DNA of 63,508 bases, counting the filler, from Reticulomyxa filosa (taxonomy: Eukaryota > Protista > Foraminifera): assembly GCA_000512085.1 (NCBI GenBank). It is 20 parts of 20 records of this genome, joined end to end, with 100 filler letters (N's around TTAATTAATTAA, not from the genome) between each part and the next. Parts side by side here need not be neighbours in the genome. Positions count along the whole stretch, not along the records: positions 6,298 to 14,910 come from ASPP01027133.1; positions 15,011 to 16,185 come from ASPP01049546.1; positions 16,286 to 24,199 come from ASPP01018931.1; positions 24,300 to 25,337 come from ASPP01020282.1; 16 more parts are not named here. One strand, given 5' to 3'. The number at the start of each line of letters is the position of its first letter. Position 1 is the stretch's first letter. The notes beneath the pieces were generated by a model that searched no databases, was not told the DNA's origin, and saw nothing but the letters and a program-made list of their open reading frames with translations. This document shows, piece by piece, positions 13,047 to 24,358 of the stretch. The position numbers and the translations under genes are program-made.

Positions 13047-13399
13047 GTTTGTATTTAAATTAAAAAATTCAGCAAATAAAATTCAGATCAGAAATAAAGA
13101 AAAGAGCTTATTTCTATGCACAAACAAATTGTTTTGTGCTGGACAACCAAACAATGCATAAGCTTTTTTGGACGACATTACACTGTTTAAAGACTATGGA
13201 AAAAGAGGACCAAATATTAAAAAAAAACAAACACAATCAAGCAAACAAAAGGGCAAATACAATTTGAAATTTTTGTTTGACTATAATTGACATCCGCAAT
13301 TTCGTAACCTACCACGACTAAAGCGAAACCTGCTCATTCTAAATTTATATAAGTTCGTTTTTCATTTTTTTTTTTAAAGAAACGAGAGGTGGCGTTCTT

Positions 13400-14120
13400 T
13401 TACTTGTTTTGGGTTTGGTAGCGCCTTTGTCGTCAGCCCATTCGATGAAAATATGGTCTGATCTCACTCATATGATACACTCGTCGATGTAGCCTTTTGG
13501 ATGCTTTGTACGCGTCCAAATTTGACCCAGTCTTGTCTTCGTTTTTTCCACAGACTTCGCCACTTTTTTTGGTGTGGTGGTCACTCGCGCATTACGTATG
13601 TGTTTGTGTCTTTGTTCTTGAATATCAGCACTCTACAAAAAGCGTCCTTTGTCGTCGATTTGTGTCCATTTTCACACGCGTTTTTTTTAAATGCGTATAT
13701 GTCAATAGTGCAAACATACATTACAACTTTTTTTCTAAAAAAATATGTACAAATACTTTCCTTTTTTTTAAAAAAGGGACGACCCAAGTGCAAAGGTGTA
13801 TCGAGAGCCAATTGCTCCGGAGAGGTGATATCAATCGCGTCGGTGAAGTTTTGAACTAAGACTTGAATAAGTGCGATGTTGCCAAACGCACACGCAAAGT
13901 GAAAAGGCATATTGCGGTTGATCATTGATGTATTGTTGCAAATGTTTGAGTTCGCTCCCAAGTCCAACAATACTTATTGATTGTGTTCGATTGAATTCAC
14001 AAGCACTTAGCAGCTCACTGTCCAAATCTTTTTTTAAACTGTTGGTACAACGCTTTGCTTCTGCTGTGTGCAAATCTTTGTCTCTAGAATTGCTATCCTT
14101 TGAGAAGCAAAGCGAGATAA
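13400..14120 (-). pseudogene. Ankyrin-repeat protein, frameshifted
   Basis: ELLSACEFNR...LLDLGANSN...MPFHFACAFGNIALIQVLV...DTPLHL(intron)ACENGH are ankyrin consensus motifs. There is a frameshift near 13970 and downstream stops. Confidence 0.75.
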
Positions 14121-15061
14121 CCTTAAGCTACAAACAGAATTTTTATTCCCCAATTCATAAGACATTAATTATGTTTTTTTGTGTTATGTAAATTACAAGT
14201 CATTATATATTTATGGTAATGAAAAAGAAAAAGGATTTTTATTAAACTTCAAAAAATATCAAAGTATAAAATAAAAAACAAAAGCATGTCAATACATAGT
14301 GTTTTCGTAGTTTTATTATCATGTATTGTTCAGGCAAGGGTTTGTCAATAAAAAAGATTTTGTTTATATTATTGCAGTTGCGCTATCTGATATTTGCCAT
14401 TGAAAACAAAAAATCTTTCTTTTCTTTTGTGGCATTTTTTGTCATTACTGTACACCTATTCGTGCTGAGCTTCACGCTTTGAATGTTCTAGCATATGTCG
14501 TGGTTGGGTTTTTCAAAGTAAAAAGAAGTAAATCACTTAATTGCTTTTTAAATAAAAAAATAAGGAATATTGGTATGAAAAATCATTTTACTTTTGCATT
14601 GTAGAGGTTTTGCTTCAACAAAATTAATTTTTGCTAACACAACAATTCTTAATAATTCAGGAAACAAAGTCTTTTTCATTGACAACAGACAAAAAATAAA
14701 ACTAACTGGTATGATTCAAACATAATACGATTTATTATAATTAAATACAATTTCGCTGTCTTAAATTAAAGTCAAAAAAAACGCAAGATATGATGAAAAT
14801 AAAAAGAACAAAATACTTTGTTAAAAAAAACAATCAGTTAAAAAAAAACAGTAATCCTAAATTCTGAATCACCAAATTTTTTAAAAAAAGCAAATGAAGG
14901 GAAAACCGAANNNNNNNNNNNNNNNNNNNNNNNNNNNNNNNNNNNNNNNNNNNNTTAATTAATTAANNNNNNNNNNNNNNNNNNNNNNNNNNNNNNNNNN
15001 NNNNNNNNNNCTCTATCCACACACACAAAATAAAAAAAAAATGAAAAATGAAAAAGAAAAT

Positions 15062-15810
15062 TGGGGTCGAAATCCACCCCGCCTCCGAAAGGAGCAAAAA
15101 AAGTATGATTATGTTTGTATTAATGTTTTCATATATACTTTTATTATATGATGTGGTGTGTTTGTGTTTTGAAGTAATAGGAATTCCCCCTTCAAAGAAA
15201 AAAAATTATATGTTTATATTTTTATTTGTTTATTGTTATTCCCAATCCCCAAAAACAAAACAAAAATGTATTAAGTGTTTATATAGGAAAAAAAAGATAA
15301 CTGAGCCTGAATGGATCCGCCTATTGGAGTTAAACGTTTCTGTTTTGTTTTTTAAAAAATATAAATGTAACTTTGTTTTTGTTGTGTATAGATATTAGGT
15401 ACAATGTATAAAAATAATGAAAAAAGGTCAAGTGGGGGGGATGAAACTTAAGGGGGAGTTAAAAAAAAAAGCAAAAAAAAAAAATATAGTAATAAATTAA
15501 AAAAATGGAAATGAAGAAGGGGGAAAAAAAAAAGATGATAATAAAAAAAGAAAAAAAAATGGAAAAAAGAAAAAGAAAATGGAAAAAAAGAAAAAGAATA
15601 GAAAAAGAAAATAAAAAAAGAAATATAAAAAAGAAAGAAAAAAAGAAAATAGGAAAAAAAAAAAGAAATAAAAATGAAATGAAAAAAAAGAAGGGGAAAA
15701 AGAAAAAAAGATAATTGTTGTAATTTTATTTTTGAATTTTTTTGTTGGAATTGTTGCCTCGTGCGAGGACACAACAATAGTTAAGTATTTTTTTGTTTGT
15801 TTGTTTATTT
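15062..15810. repeat. ~750-bp dispersed module beginning with a GC-rich double hairpin (copy 1)
   Basis: Collinear with 57354-58120. Shared blocks: GGGGT-N8-ACCCCCG-N-CTCCGAAAGGAGCAAA, GATGTG...AATAGGAATTCCC, a purine-rich tract, and AGTTAAGTA(T/A)TTTTTT. Confidence 0.7.
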
Positions 15811-16364
15811 ATTTAAATATGATAACATACTTATAATAATAGATTTGCATTGGACCCGATCAAATGCGAGCTTAAAGATGTTGTGGAAATATAAAGTAGA
15901 TTATCGTCAAGAAGCAAGCATTACACTATACTCGGCGACACAATACAACCGACATTGATGTATCATTATCACCACTTTATTTACTGGCGACAACACATTA
16001 AACATATTATTGTATATGCATAAAGATTTATTCGTCGTTTGGATGATACTTTTATGTACGTACATGAATATAATCTGTCCTCATTTCAAATTACCAATAA
16101 TACGCTCCCGACAGCATCCAGAACTGCTATTCAACATACAAGCATTCATGAAAGTGAAATCGTCTCAACAAAAAAAACATACACANNNNNNNNNNNNNNN
16201 NNNNNNNNNNNNNNNNNNNNNNNNNNNNNTTAATTAATTAANNNNNNNNNNNNNNNNNNNNNNNNNNNNNNNNNNNNNNNNNNNNAAAAAAAAAACATGA
16301 ACAGAGCAAAGGGAAAAAATACGTGTGTAAAAATTAACAAGAGAGAACTGAATAAATATCTCAC

Positions 16365-16440
16365 CTTCAAGGCTGTGACGAGGCAGATTTCTTTTTTTGT
16401 GTTGTTCCTGGCTTTTGCAACAATTTAAGCAAAATGCCAT
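16365..16440 (-). CDS. Probable first exon of an unknown gene (Cys-rich N-terminus)
   Basis: ATG...MAFCLNCCKSQEQHKKRNLPRHSLE is followed by a GTGAGA donor. The gene runs off the contig. Confidence 0.4.
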
Positions 16441-17665
16441 CTTTTCGAATTACACAAAATATTCCTGCTCCTTAAAAAACGAAAAGTGTACGTTTCTACA
16501 TTTGCTTTTTTGTATATAATCAGCACTACATGCGCTTTTATTCAATTTCATACTCTAGCAAGATCTTACATTCTAAAATGGATGTAATTGTCTTTTTTGT
16601 TACAACAATCGCATTTATTGTGCGAAACTTCTTTTCTTTTCAGACGCTGAATTTTTGTTTTTTACTCCAAAAAAGAATTTTCAAGTTCTATGTACAAAGG
16701 CCAGTTTGTATTATAATATCGAAAGTACAATATAAGAACTAGATATTTCGATAGGAAAGATGCATCAAATTCTCAACCAAACTTTTGACGAGTTTCACTT
16801 CAAGTCCAGTTTTCCAATTAAAGATTTTTTGTTTTCAAAAAAGTTAATAACATTATCTTTATCAATCAAGGCAAAGCAGCCTAATTCATATAATGATAGT
16901 GAGCTCATAATGTTTTTCTATTGGAAAAAACAAGCAATCTTTGAAGAAAATTTCACACTTTGTACGATATTTCATTGTGACAACAGAAAAAAATAACTAA
17001 CTTGTTAAGACAGTAGGTTTTTGAATAATTAAAGCTATTACATTCATTTAATTTTGCAATATATCATTTTTCACTTTGGATCTCTTTGGTCAAATTTGTC
17101 AAACAATTGTTCATTCTTACATTACATTATTTTCTTTTCTTAATAAATTGGATAACAATGAAAACTGCAACTAAGATTATTTGTTTTGTTGTTTCAACAA
17201 AGGAAAAAAGCTGCACTACATAAGAAAGTTAAGTAAGAGAAGCAGAATCATTGAACTACTTTGTTTTTCTGTGACAATTTAGTGTCTATTCTTTCAAAGC
17301 TTAAACACATTACAAGTAAAAAAAGAAAAAAAAATGGAACTAACCCCTTTTACGACCTTTGACCCGATATGATTTTTATTTGTTTAAGAAAGAAAGAAGT
17401 GAATAGAAAAACACAATTTTGAACAGATAGGGTAATTTTCAAACATGTTTTTAATTATAAATTCACTTGGAACAAAGTAAGAGAGGGAACAAGTTCTACC
17501 AAACCAAAAAAACTCTCTAAAATGTGTTGCAGTGTCTTTTTTCCTCTTGTATTGATATCTTGCGAAGGTCATCACTATTAAAACCTCTAAAACCTTTTCT
17601 TACTCTTAATGCCGTTAAAGCAAATATTGCAAGACAGTAACTGCTTACGTATCTCAAAAACAAAT

Positions 17666-17790
17666 TGTATTATCTGCTGATCCAGAACATATCACATTTG
17701 AACTACCACTAACTTCGTTACTACTCTTTACCATAAATGGTAATATTCAACAAACCATGCCATAATTTGTATGATCACAATATTGTCTTG
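17666..17790 (-). pseudogene. WD40 gene-family fragment
   Basis: Reads ...PFMVKSSNEVSGSSNVICSGSADNTI, homologous to SPFVIKNNDSSNVICSASRDNTI at ~46420-46490. Confidence 0.7.
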
Positions 17791-20268
17791 AACGAATTTT
17801 ATAACACGTGGCATAGAATAATTGATGTATAGAAATAAAAAAATATATATCTTTTTTAAATTCCTTTTCCATACCCTTTATGACTCTTAATTGTTATTCA
17901 TCTCTAAATTACACATAGAAAGCCAATGGACTAATTACAAAATGCAATTAAGTAACATTGAAGGACTCTTTGCAGCAAAATTGATAAATGTTTACCAGAT
18001 TATTGGAGAATGAAATATTTTTTCTTTTTAATTACAGAATGACCTCATTTTTGATTGAAACGCTGTTTAAAATAGTACTTACAAAAGTTATTATATCACA
18101 AAGTTTTTTTGTAAAGAATTTTAGTGTTTTGTTTTTCAAAAAGTATATTGAATTATGCCAAGTGTAGAGCATTTATGCTTTCCTCATTGGTTTAACAAAG
18201 GAAATGTAGAGTTGTCATTAGTACTTTAGTACTTTGTTCACAATTACAGAGTGTTATCAATATGCTCGTGAAAGAAATGCCCCTAAGGCTATAACCACAT
18301 GACACATTAATATGTTGTTGCTTGAAGCAGGCCCCTTTGGCGTCTTAAAATGTGTCACATAAATGTTATGATCATATTGTTTTTTTAAGTGCTTCTTTAG
18401 GATGTAGATGTTTTGATGATCTTTTGTTTTTCACTAATTGAACAAAGTTAGAAACATTATCAAAAATTTACGATAAACCAGCAAAAAAGGAAAGGGTTGA
18501 CCTCGTCATGACATTATATAATAAGGTGTTAATACTCACTTCAGTATGTTTATATTGTCTCAATAACGCTCCGCAAGATTAAATTGCAAACTACCTAAAT
18601 GGTATTCACTGCTTTCAATGCATACACAAACGATGCCATTCGGCTGGTCTTCAGTTGCTATTGTTTTTTTTAACTTTTATTTGCACGTCCAAAAAAGAAT
18701 ACTGTCAGTTTTAATTTACATTACAAGTTTTTACAGTACAGCAAAATTTCTATGTTTGAATGCTTTCATGCTTCGAAAAACAATATTTACAGTGTTGATT
18801 ATCGCTATGTTTTAAGCCACTTTCAGATATGCACACATATCAAAGTTACGAACCTATTCCTTTTGTAAATATTCATTTTTCCTGAGTTTCGATGTAAAAT
18901 TTTAGGGGTTTTCCTGTAACAGCTGCAAGTGTGTTGTGGATTGTACTTGTCAAACAGGGTTGTGTAGTGTTTTTTTTAAAAGGGGTCTGAACTTGAATAT
19001 TAACAACAGCAAGCTTTAGCGCTTGTTCTCCAGGCAATGGAGAAAGGTAAAAGACTTCTCACAATCGTTAATGAGCCACATTTCGCTTGTACACTTCATC
19101 CTTATCCGTCATAAGCACAATCAACGTAACTGATTATCAAAACTCAAAACTATCTATGTCTCTTCCTCTTCCCAACGTATGAAGTTAAGTGACGGACATT
19201 ATGTGCATTGGAAAAATAAGACTTATTCTCTTATTTAAAATATTTGGCTTGCACCAACTCCAATTTTTTGCACTCAAACATAGAAATTAGGCTCATTCGA
19301 CAAGTGAGAGCAGTAGTTTTTATAAAAATGCATCTCACAACTTTCACAAAGTTTTTTTTCACCTTTTCATTTAACATCCCTCATAGTATACGTTTTCAGT
19401 TTTCTTTTTTTTTTTTTAATAAAAAAAATTGTGATCTATCTTATCCCTCTCTTCTCTTGTCAAATCAATGGAAGGGGTAAAAAAATGCCCCTTTTTTTTT
19501 TTACAGAGTAAAAGTATACTGTCGATCGTGCACAAACACTTTTTTTTTTAACCAAGTATTTCCTTTCGAAAAAAAAAATCGCCAAACATCCGCTGCTTGT
19601 TTTTTTTGTCAAAAAGGAAACAATGTATAGCTAGCTATTGCAAAACATAAAAAAAAACATCATCACACCTTTTCTTTCCGATTTACCATGTACACCCGTT
19701 CTCTCCCCCTCCCCCCTCTTTTTTTCGTATTTTGTAGGACTGAACCTGTTTTTTTTTGAAATAACGCTTCTTGTCAAACTTTGCAGCATAAAGCCTTTAA
19801 GTCGGACGTCATCAGATTAGATTAGATTGGCTATCTATTGCTACAGTTAAGTCATTCTTTTTTTTTTTTTTTTTCCCGTTTTTCTGTCGCTTCTTAAAAA
19901 AAATAAAATTGCACAAATAACGACAATTCACAGGGAAAATCGTATTTGCGGAAAGTATATCTATTATGTCCGATGCAGTTATTAAAGAAAGTTAATGTAA
20001 CAAAACTAGTTTTTCACATTCAAAACAAAAAAAGCAACGTACATGTATAACGTTTCTTTTTTTTAATTTAAAACGAGAGATCGCAGCACCATGCATCTTT
20101 GTGTGTACGTGGGACAAAAAAAAAAAAACTGTGCATACGTAAATAATAAAGCAAGTATCCGTGGTCACCAAAGTATGATTGCGTGTATCCAAAGTGGAAT
20201 CAACAGTGGAGAAAGTTAAGCCAAGACAGAAATTTATCTTTCAAAAAAAAAAAAAAAAAAAAAAAAAA

Positions 20269-23200
20269 GGGAACTAAATACCAATAAAGTTGAAAAAGAA
20301 GAAGAAAAAGCACAAGTTGGAGAACTAAGCTCGGGAATCAATTTGCAAGGTTTATGTTCCAAACATGAATGTTTAGCTGCCAAAACACATTTGCCAGTGT
20401 GGGTTAATGTCGGCTTTAAGGAATCCCTTTTATTGAATGGTATGGATTGTGTGAACTTTCCTTTCTTTGTCCGAATTGCGGGAGCACTACGGTCAAATCC
20501 ATTAGCAGAGTGACATTCATTAACTCAGAATTTTCAATTCGTATAATCAATGGCAGCAACAGTGACAATAAAGATAATAAGTCTGTTATTCAAGATAATC
20601 GTCATCAATGTACATACTCCATCAAGTTTGGAGTCTCTTATGAATTACAAGCAACAAAAATTAAACAACATACAAAAGTATTGGGAGAATTGATATTGAA
20701 AAGTCAAAAAGCAATGGACAGCGATGAAATGAAAAACTTGGTTAAGACATTGAGACAATATCACATCATAGTGGTTCAACCAAAATTAAAAGGAGAGGAA
20801 AGATTAAATGAAAAGATAGAGCATGAGTATGCGAAAAATTGTGATGAAATGTTTGATATTGGAAGATTCACTATTCTATGTAAGAATAAACACCAATTAG
20901 AAACAGCTGTGACAGTACTGAAAAAAGCAAAAGATTTCGGAATGATTGTGTCCAAAGATAAAGATTGCTTTAATAAACAATCGGAAACGCATCATAGATT
21001 TCATAACATCACATTGTTTGTTCCAAAATACGATGTTTATATTGAAATGCAAGCAACATTAGAAAATTTCACAACATTAAAAGGTCATTCTATCATTGAA
21101 AATCCCGAGCTCAGTCATTTGTATTATGAAAACATAAGAACATGGAAAACAAATAATTCAGAAGATGATGATTTGAAACAAGCAAGTGATGAAACGCTAA
21201 CTAAAATTAATGATATTATTTGTGAATGGACAGAAGAAAGAAATATTACAAGAATAGCAGCTCGTTATCGAAAATATTTGAATGAAGGAATATTAGAACC
21301 ATTACAACTGAAAGGTAAAACAGAAGAAGACGTTAAAAATAGTATCCCATTGAAGATGGCTCAATTTACATATAGTCAACTTTGTCAATTCAAGCCACCA
21401 ACAACATTAAAAGGTAAAGCAGTTTTCATGGTATTGTATGATTATTATAAAAAATATATTATCGGTGAAGACAAACCAGTAAACTGTTCAGACATTGCAG
21501 CAATATTGCAAGATGCAAGAATTGAAGAAATAGAAAAAGAAGATATTGTCAGTTCACAGGCATTATTAACATATGTTCCTTTGCAAGCTAATTATGAGCA
21601 ATTTTCCGAACAAGAAAAAAAAGGTGGTGATGCATTTGATTGTCATAAACATGTCCTAGAATTTCTTGAAAAAAAAAGTGAAATAAAGCAAGTAATGATA
21701 ATTCAAGGAAAATCTGGATCTGGAAAAAGCTTATATGGTTGTTATTTAGAGGAATATTTGTGGGAGTGTTTTACTAACCAAAATGAAACTACACAACAAC
21801 AGATTATACCTGTATTTATTTCATTACCAAAATTCTATAATATGAACATTGATGAATCACAACTTATATATCAAATATTACAATCCAAATCAAAATATAT
21901 TCACAAAGATATCATTGACGCTGTTCGTCATAAACTCCAATTTGTCTTCATTTTAGATGGATTTGATGAAATATTTGATTTATATAACAAACACAATGAC
22001 AATTTCAACAAATATTTTTATGATCGTTTCAAATTAAATGAATGGAACGCAAAAGTGATTGTGATATGTCGAAGTAATGTATTGAGTGAAATGGATATCA
22101 AAAAGATGCTGGTTGGTAACAATAACAATACATCCAAAATATATTTGTGGCCATTTTCAACCAGACAAATAGATGATTACATTACGAAATTTGTAAACAT
22201 GCAACAAAATATAAGAGATAAAACCAAAGATAAGAAAGAAAATTGGACAGCAAATCAATATAAAGAAACATTAGATAAATATCCCAATTTTTATAAAATG
22301 ATACAAGAGCCATTTCTTCTTCGTTTGATATTGACAGTGTTACCATTATTAAGTAAAAAACATGATATTGGAGCCAATATATCAAAAGTTCAAGTATATG
22401 ACGTATTCTTACATCAATGGATTGACGAACATGTTCAAAATATATCCAAAAAATTGAATGAATTAAAAATAATTACAAACAAAGAAGAATTGAAATGTTC
22501 ATTTCAAACATATTGTGAAGATTTGGCCTTTGACATGTTTTTGCAAAATGAGCAAGTTGTAACAGATAATGAAATAATATTTGATAATTCAACGTTATTA
22601 TATTCAAATGTTAATTCAATTATTAACTTTGATATTTGTGATCATGATATGAAACAAGAAAAAAAATCAAATGAAGAAAACAAAGAGAATACAATTGAAA
22701 TGACACGAAAAAATGACAAAGGAGATGTATGGAAAAAGTATTTCAAGGCTGGTAATATTAATAAATTTGCATTAAGACGAATTGGTGCCAATCAATACAC
22801 ATTTTTGCATAAATCATGTCAAGAATATTATGCTGCACAAAAAATCTTATTTGATATCATTTTATGGGAACCTAATGTCGAAACACATGCCCAACTTCTT
22901 CTTATTAGTAAAAAATTGTTAAATGAGGAAATGGGAATTATTCAATTCATTGCAGATAGGATTTATGACAACAATTTGATGTTTGTAAATTTAAAATCAC
23001 GATTATTTCGACTAATTGAATTGTCAAAAGATAACTTAAAAGTGTCTACTGCAGCAGCAAATGCAGCAACAATACTCAACGTAGCAAGAATTAGCATGAG
23101 TTACCAAAACTGGGATAACATAAATATATCAAAAGCCATTCTAGATCACGCCTTCCTTGAAGGAACAAGTTTCAAAGATGCCATCTTAAATGGCGTGAGC

Positions 23201-24199
23201 TTTTATAATGCTTATCTCAATTATACCGATTTCACAAACGCATCAGTAAATCAGATTAATTTTGGTACATACGGCTATCTCAAGGGTCATTCAGATAATG
23301 TTAATTCTGTCCAATTTTCACCTGATGGCAACAGAATTGTATCTGGTTCAACGGATGGAACCATTCGATTGTGGGATGCATCATCTGGAAAACAACTTCA
23401 ATTATTAAAAGGCCATTTATCTTCTGTTTATTTTGTTCAATTTTCACCTGATGGTGACAAAATTGTATCTGGCTCAAGAGATACAACCATTCGATTGTGG
23501 GATGCATCATCTGGAAAACAAATTCAATCTTTAGAAGGTCATTCAGGTTCTGTTACTTCTGTTCAATTTTCACGTGATGGCAACAGAATTGTATCTGGCT
23601 CAGAAGATAAAACCATTCGGTTATGGGATGCATCATCTGGAAAACAAATTCAATTATTAGAAGGTCATTTATTTCCTGTTTATTCTGTTCAATTTTCACC
23701 TGATGGTAGCAGAATTGTATCTGGTTCATTGGATAGAATCATTCGATTGTGGGATGCATCGTCTGGAAAACAAATTCAATCTTTAAAAGGTCATTCAGAT
23801 TCTATTAACTCTGTTCAATTTTCACCTAATGGTGACAAAATTGTATCTGGTTCAGGAGATAAAACCATTCGATTGTGGGATGTATTATCTGGAAAACAAA
23901 TTCAATCTTTAAAAGGTCATTCAGATCATATTACTTCTGTTCAATTTTCAGATGATAACAGAATTGTATCTGGTTCATGGGATAAAACCATTCGATTGTG
24001 GGATGCATCATCTGGAAAACAAATTCAATCTTTAGAAGGTCATTCACATAAGGTTACTTCTGTTCAATTTTCACCTGATGGTAACAGAATTGCATCTAGT
24101 TCATTTGATAAAACTATTCGACTGTGGGATGTGTCATCAGGAAAACAAATTCAACCTTTAGAAGGTCATTCATTTCGTGTTAATTCTGTCCAATTTTCA
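20269..24199 (+). CDS. NLR-like STAND protein: C4 Zn domain - RelA/SpoT-like NTase - NACHT - pentapeptide repeats - WD40 array (3' truncated)
   Basis: The ORF from 20447 runs to the contig end. Motifs: LKGEERLNEKI...FDIGRFTI...HHRFHN...IEMQAT...SHLYYE; Walker A GKSGSGKS (~21708); Walker B FVFILDGFDE (~21941); FLHKSCQEYYAA; AILDHAFLEGTSFKDAILNGVSF; at least 7.3 WD40 repeats. The upstream GINLQGLC...C...LPVWVNVGF is in another frame (frameshift ~20430-20450). Confidence 0.9.
23285..24199 (+). repeat. 126-bp tandem WD40-coding repeats, highly similar units
   Basis: GH codons at 23285, 23411 and onward give a 126-nt period (one unit is 123 nt). The framework SVQFSPDGxxIVSGSxDxTIRLWDxSSGKQIQxL is nearly invariant. 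The contig breaks inside the array. Confidence 0.95.
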
Positions 24200-24299
24200 N
24201 NNNNNNNNNNNNNNNNNNNNNNNNNNNNNNNNNNNNNNNNNNNTTAATTAATTAANNNNNNNNNNNNNNNNNNNNNNNNNNNNNNNNNNNNNNNNNNNN

Positions 24300-24356
24300 A
24301 TCGATTCTCTTCATATAGTGCCATTTAGGTATTGCAGTTTTTTGTGCAATCTACTG
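24300..24356. mobile_element. MITE terminus (same family as 6800-7171)
   Basis: ATCGATTCTCTTCATATAGTGCCATTTAGGTATTGCAG...TGCAATCTACTG followed by TA is the reverse complement of the TIR at 6800-6856. Confidence 0.8.
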
Positions 24357-24358
24357 TA

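Noticed and set aside
15448-15777. Phe-rich and Lys-rich ORFs (also 57753-58091, 36223-36586, 1847-2199)
   Set aside because: These are translations of low-complexity purine/pyrimidine tracts, not credible proteins.
18190-18290. Possible acyl-CoA dehydrogenase remnant (ECYQYARERNA)
   Set aside because: A single short motif in heavily decayed sequence; insufficient support.
19020-19115. Possible C2H2 zinc-finger remnant on the minus strand (YK...CEKSFTF)
   Set aside because: Requires a frameshift and lacks a full set of ligands.
23285-24199. CRISPR-like or DGR-like repeat/spacer array
   Set aside because: Units are contiguous in-frame WD40 codons with no unique spacers, no cas or RT gene, and variation is not adenine-specific.
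20447-24199. Bacterial contaminant origin of the long intron-poor NACHT genes
   Set aside because: The paralogue at 53 kb has spliceosomal introns and lies among intron-containing genes with the same composition. Ancient horizontal origin is not excluded.
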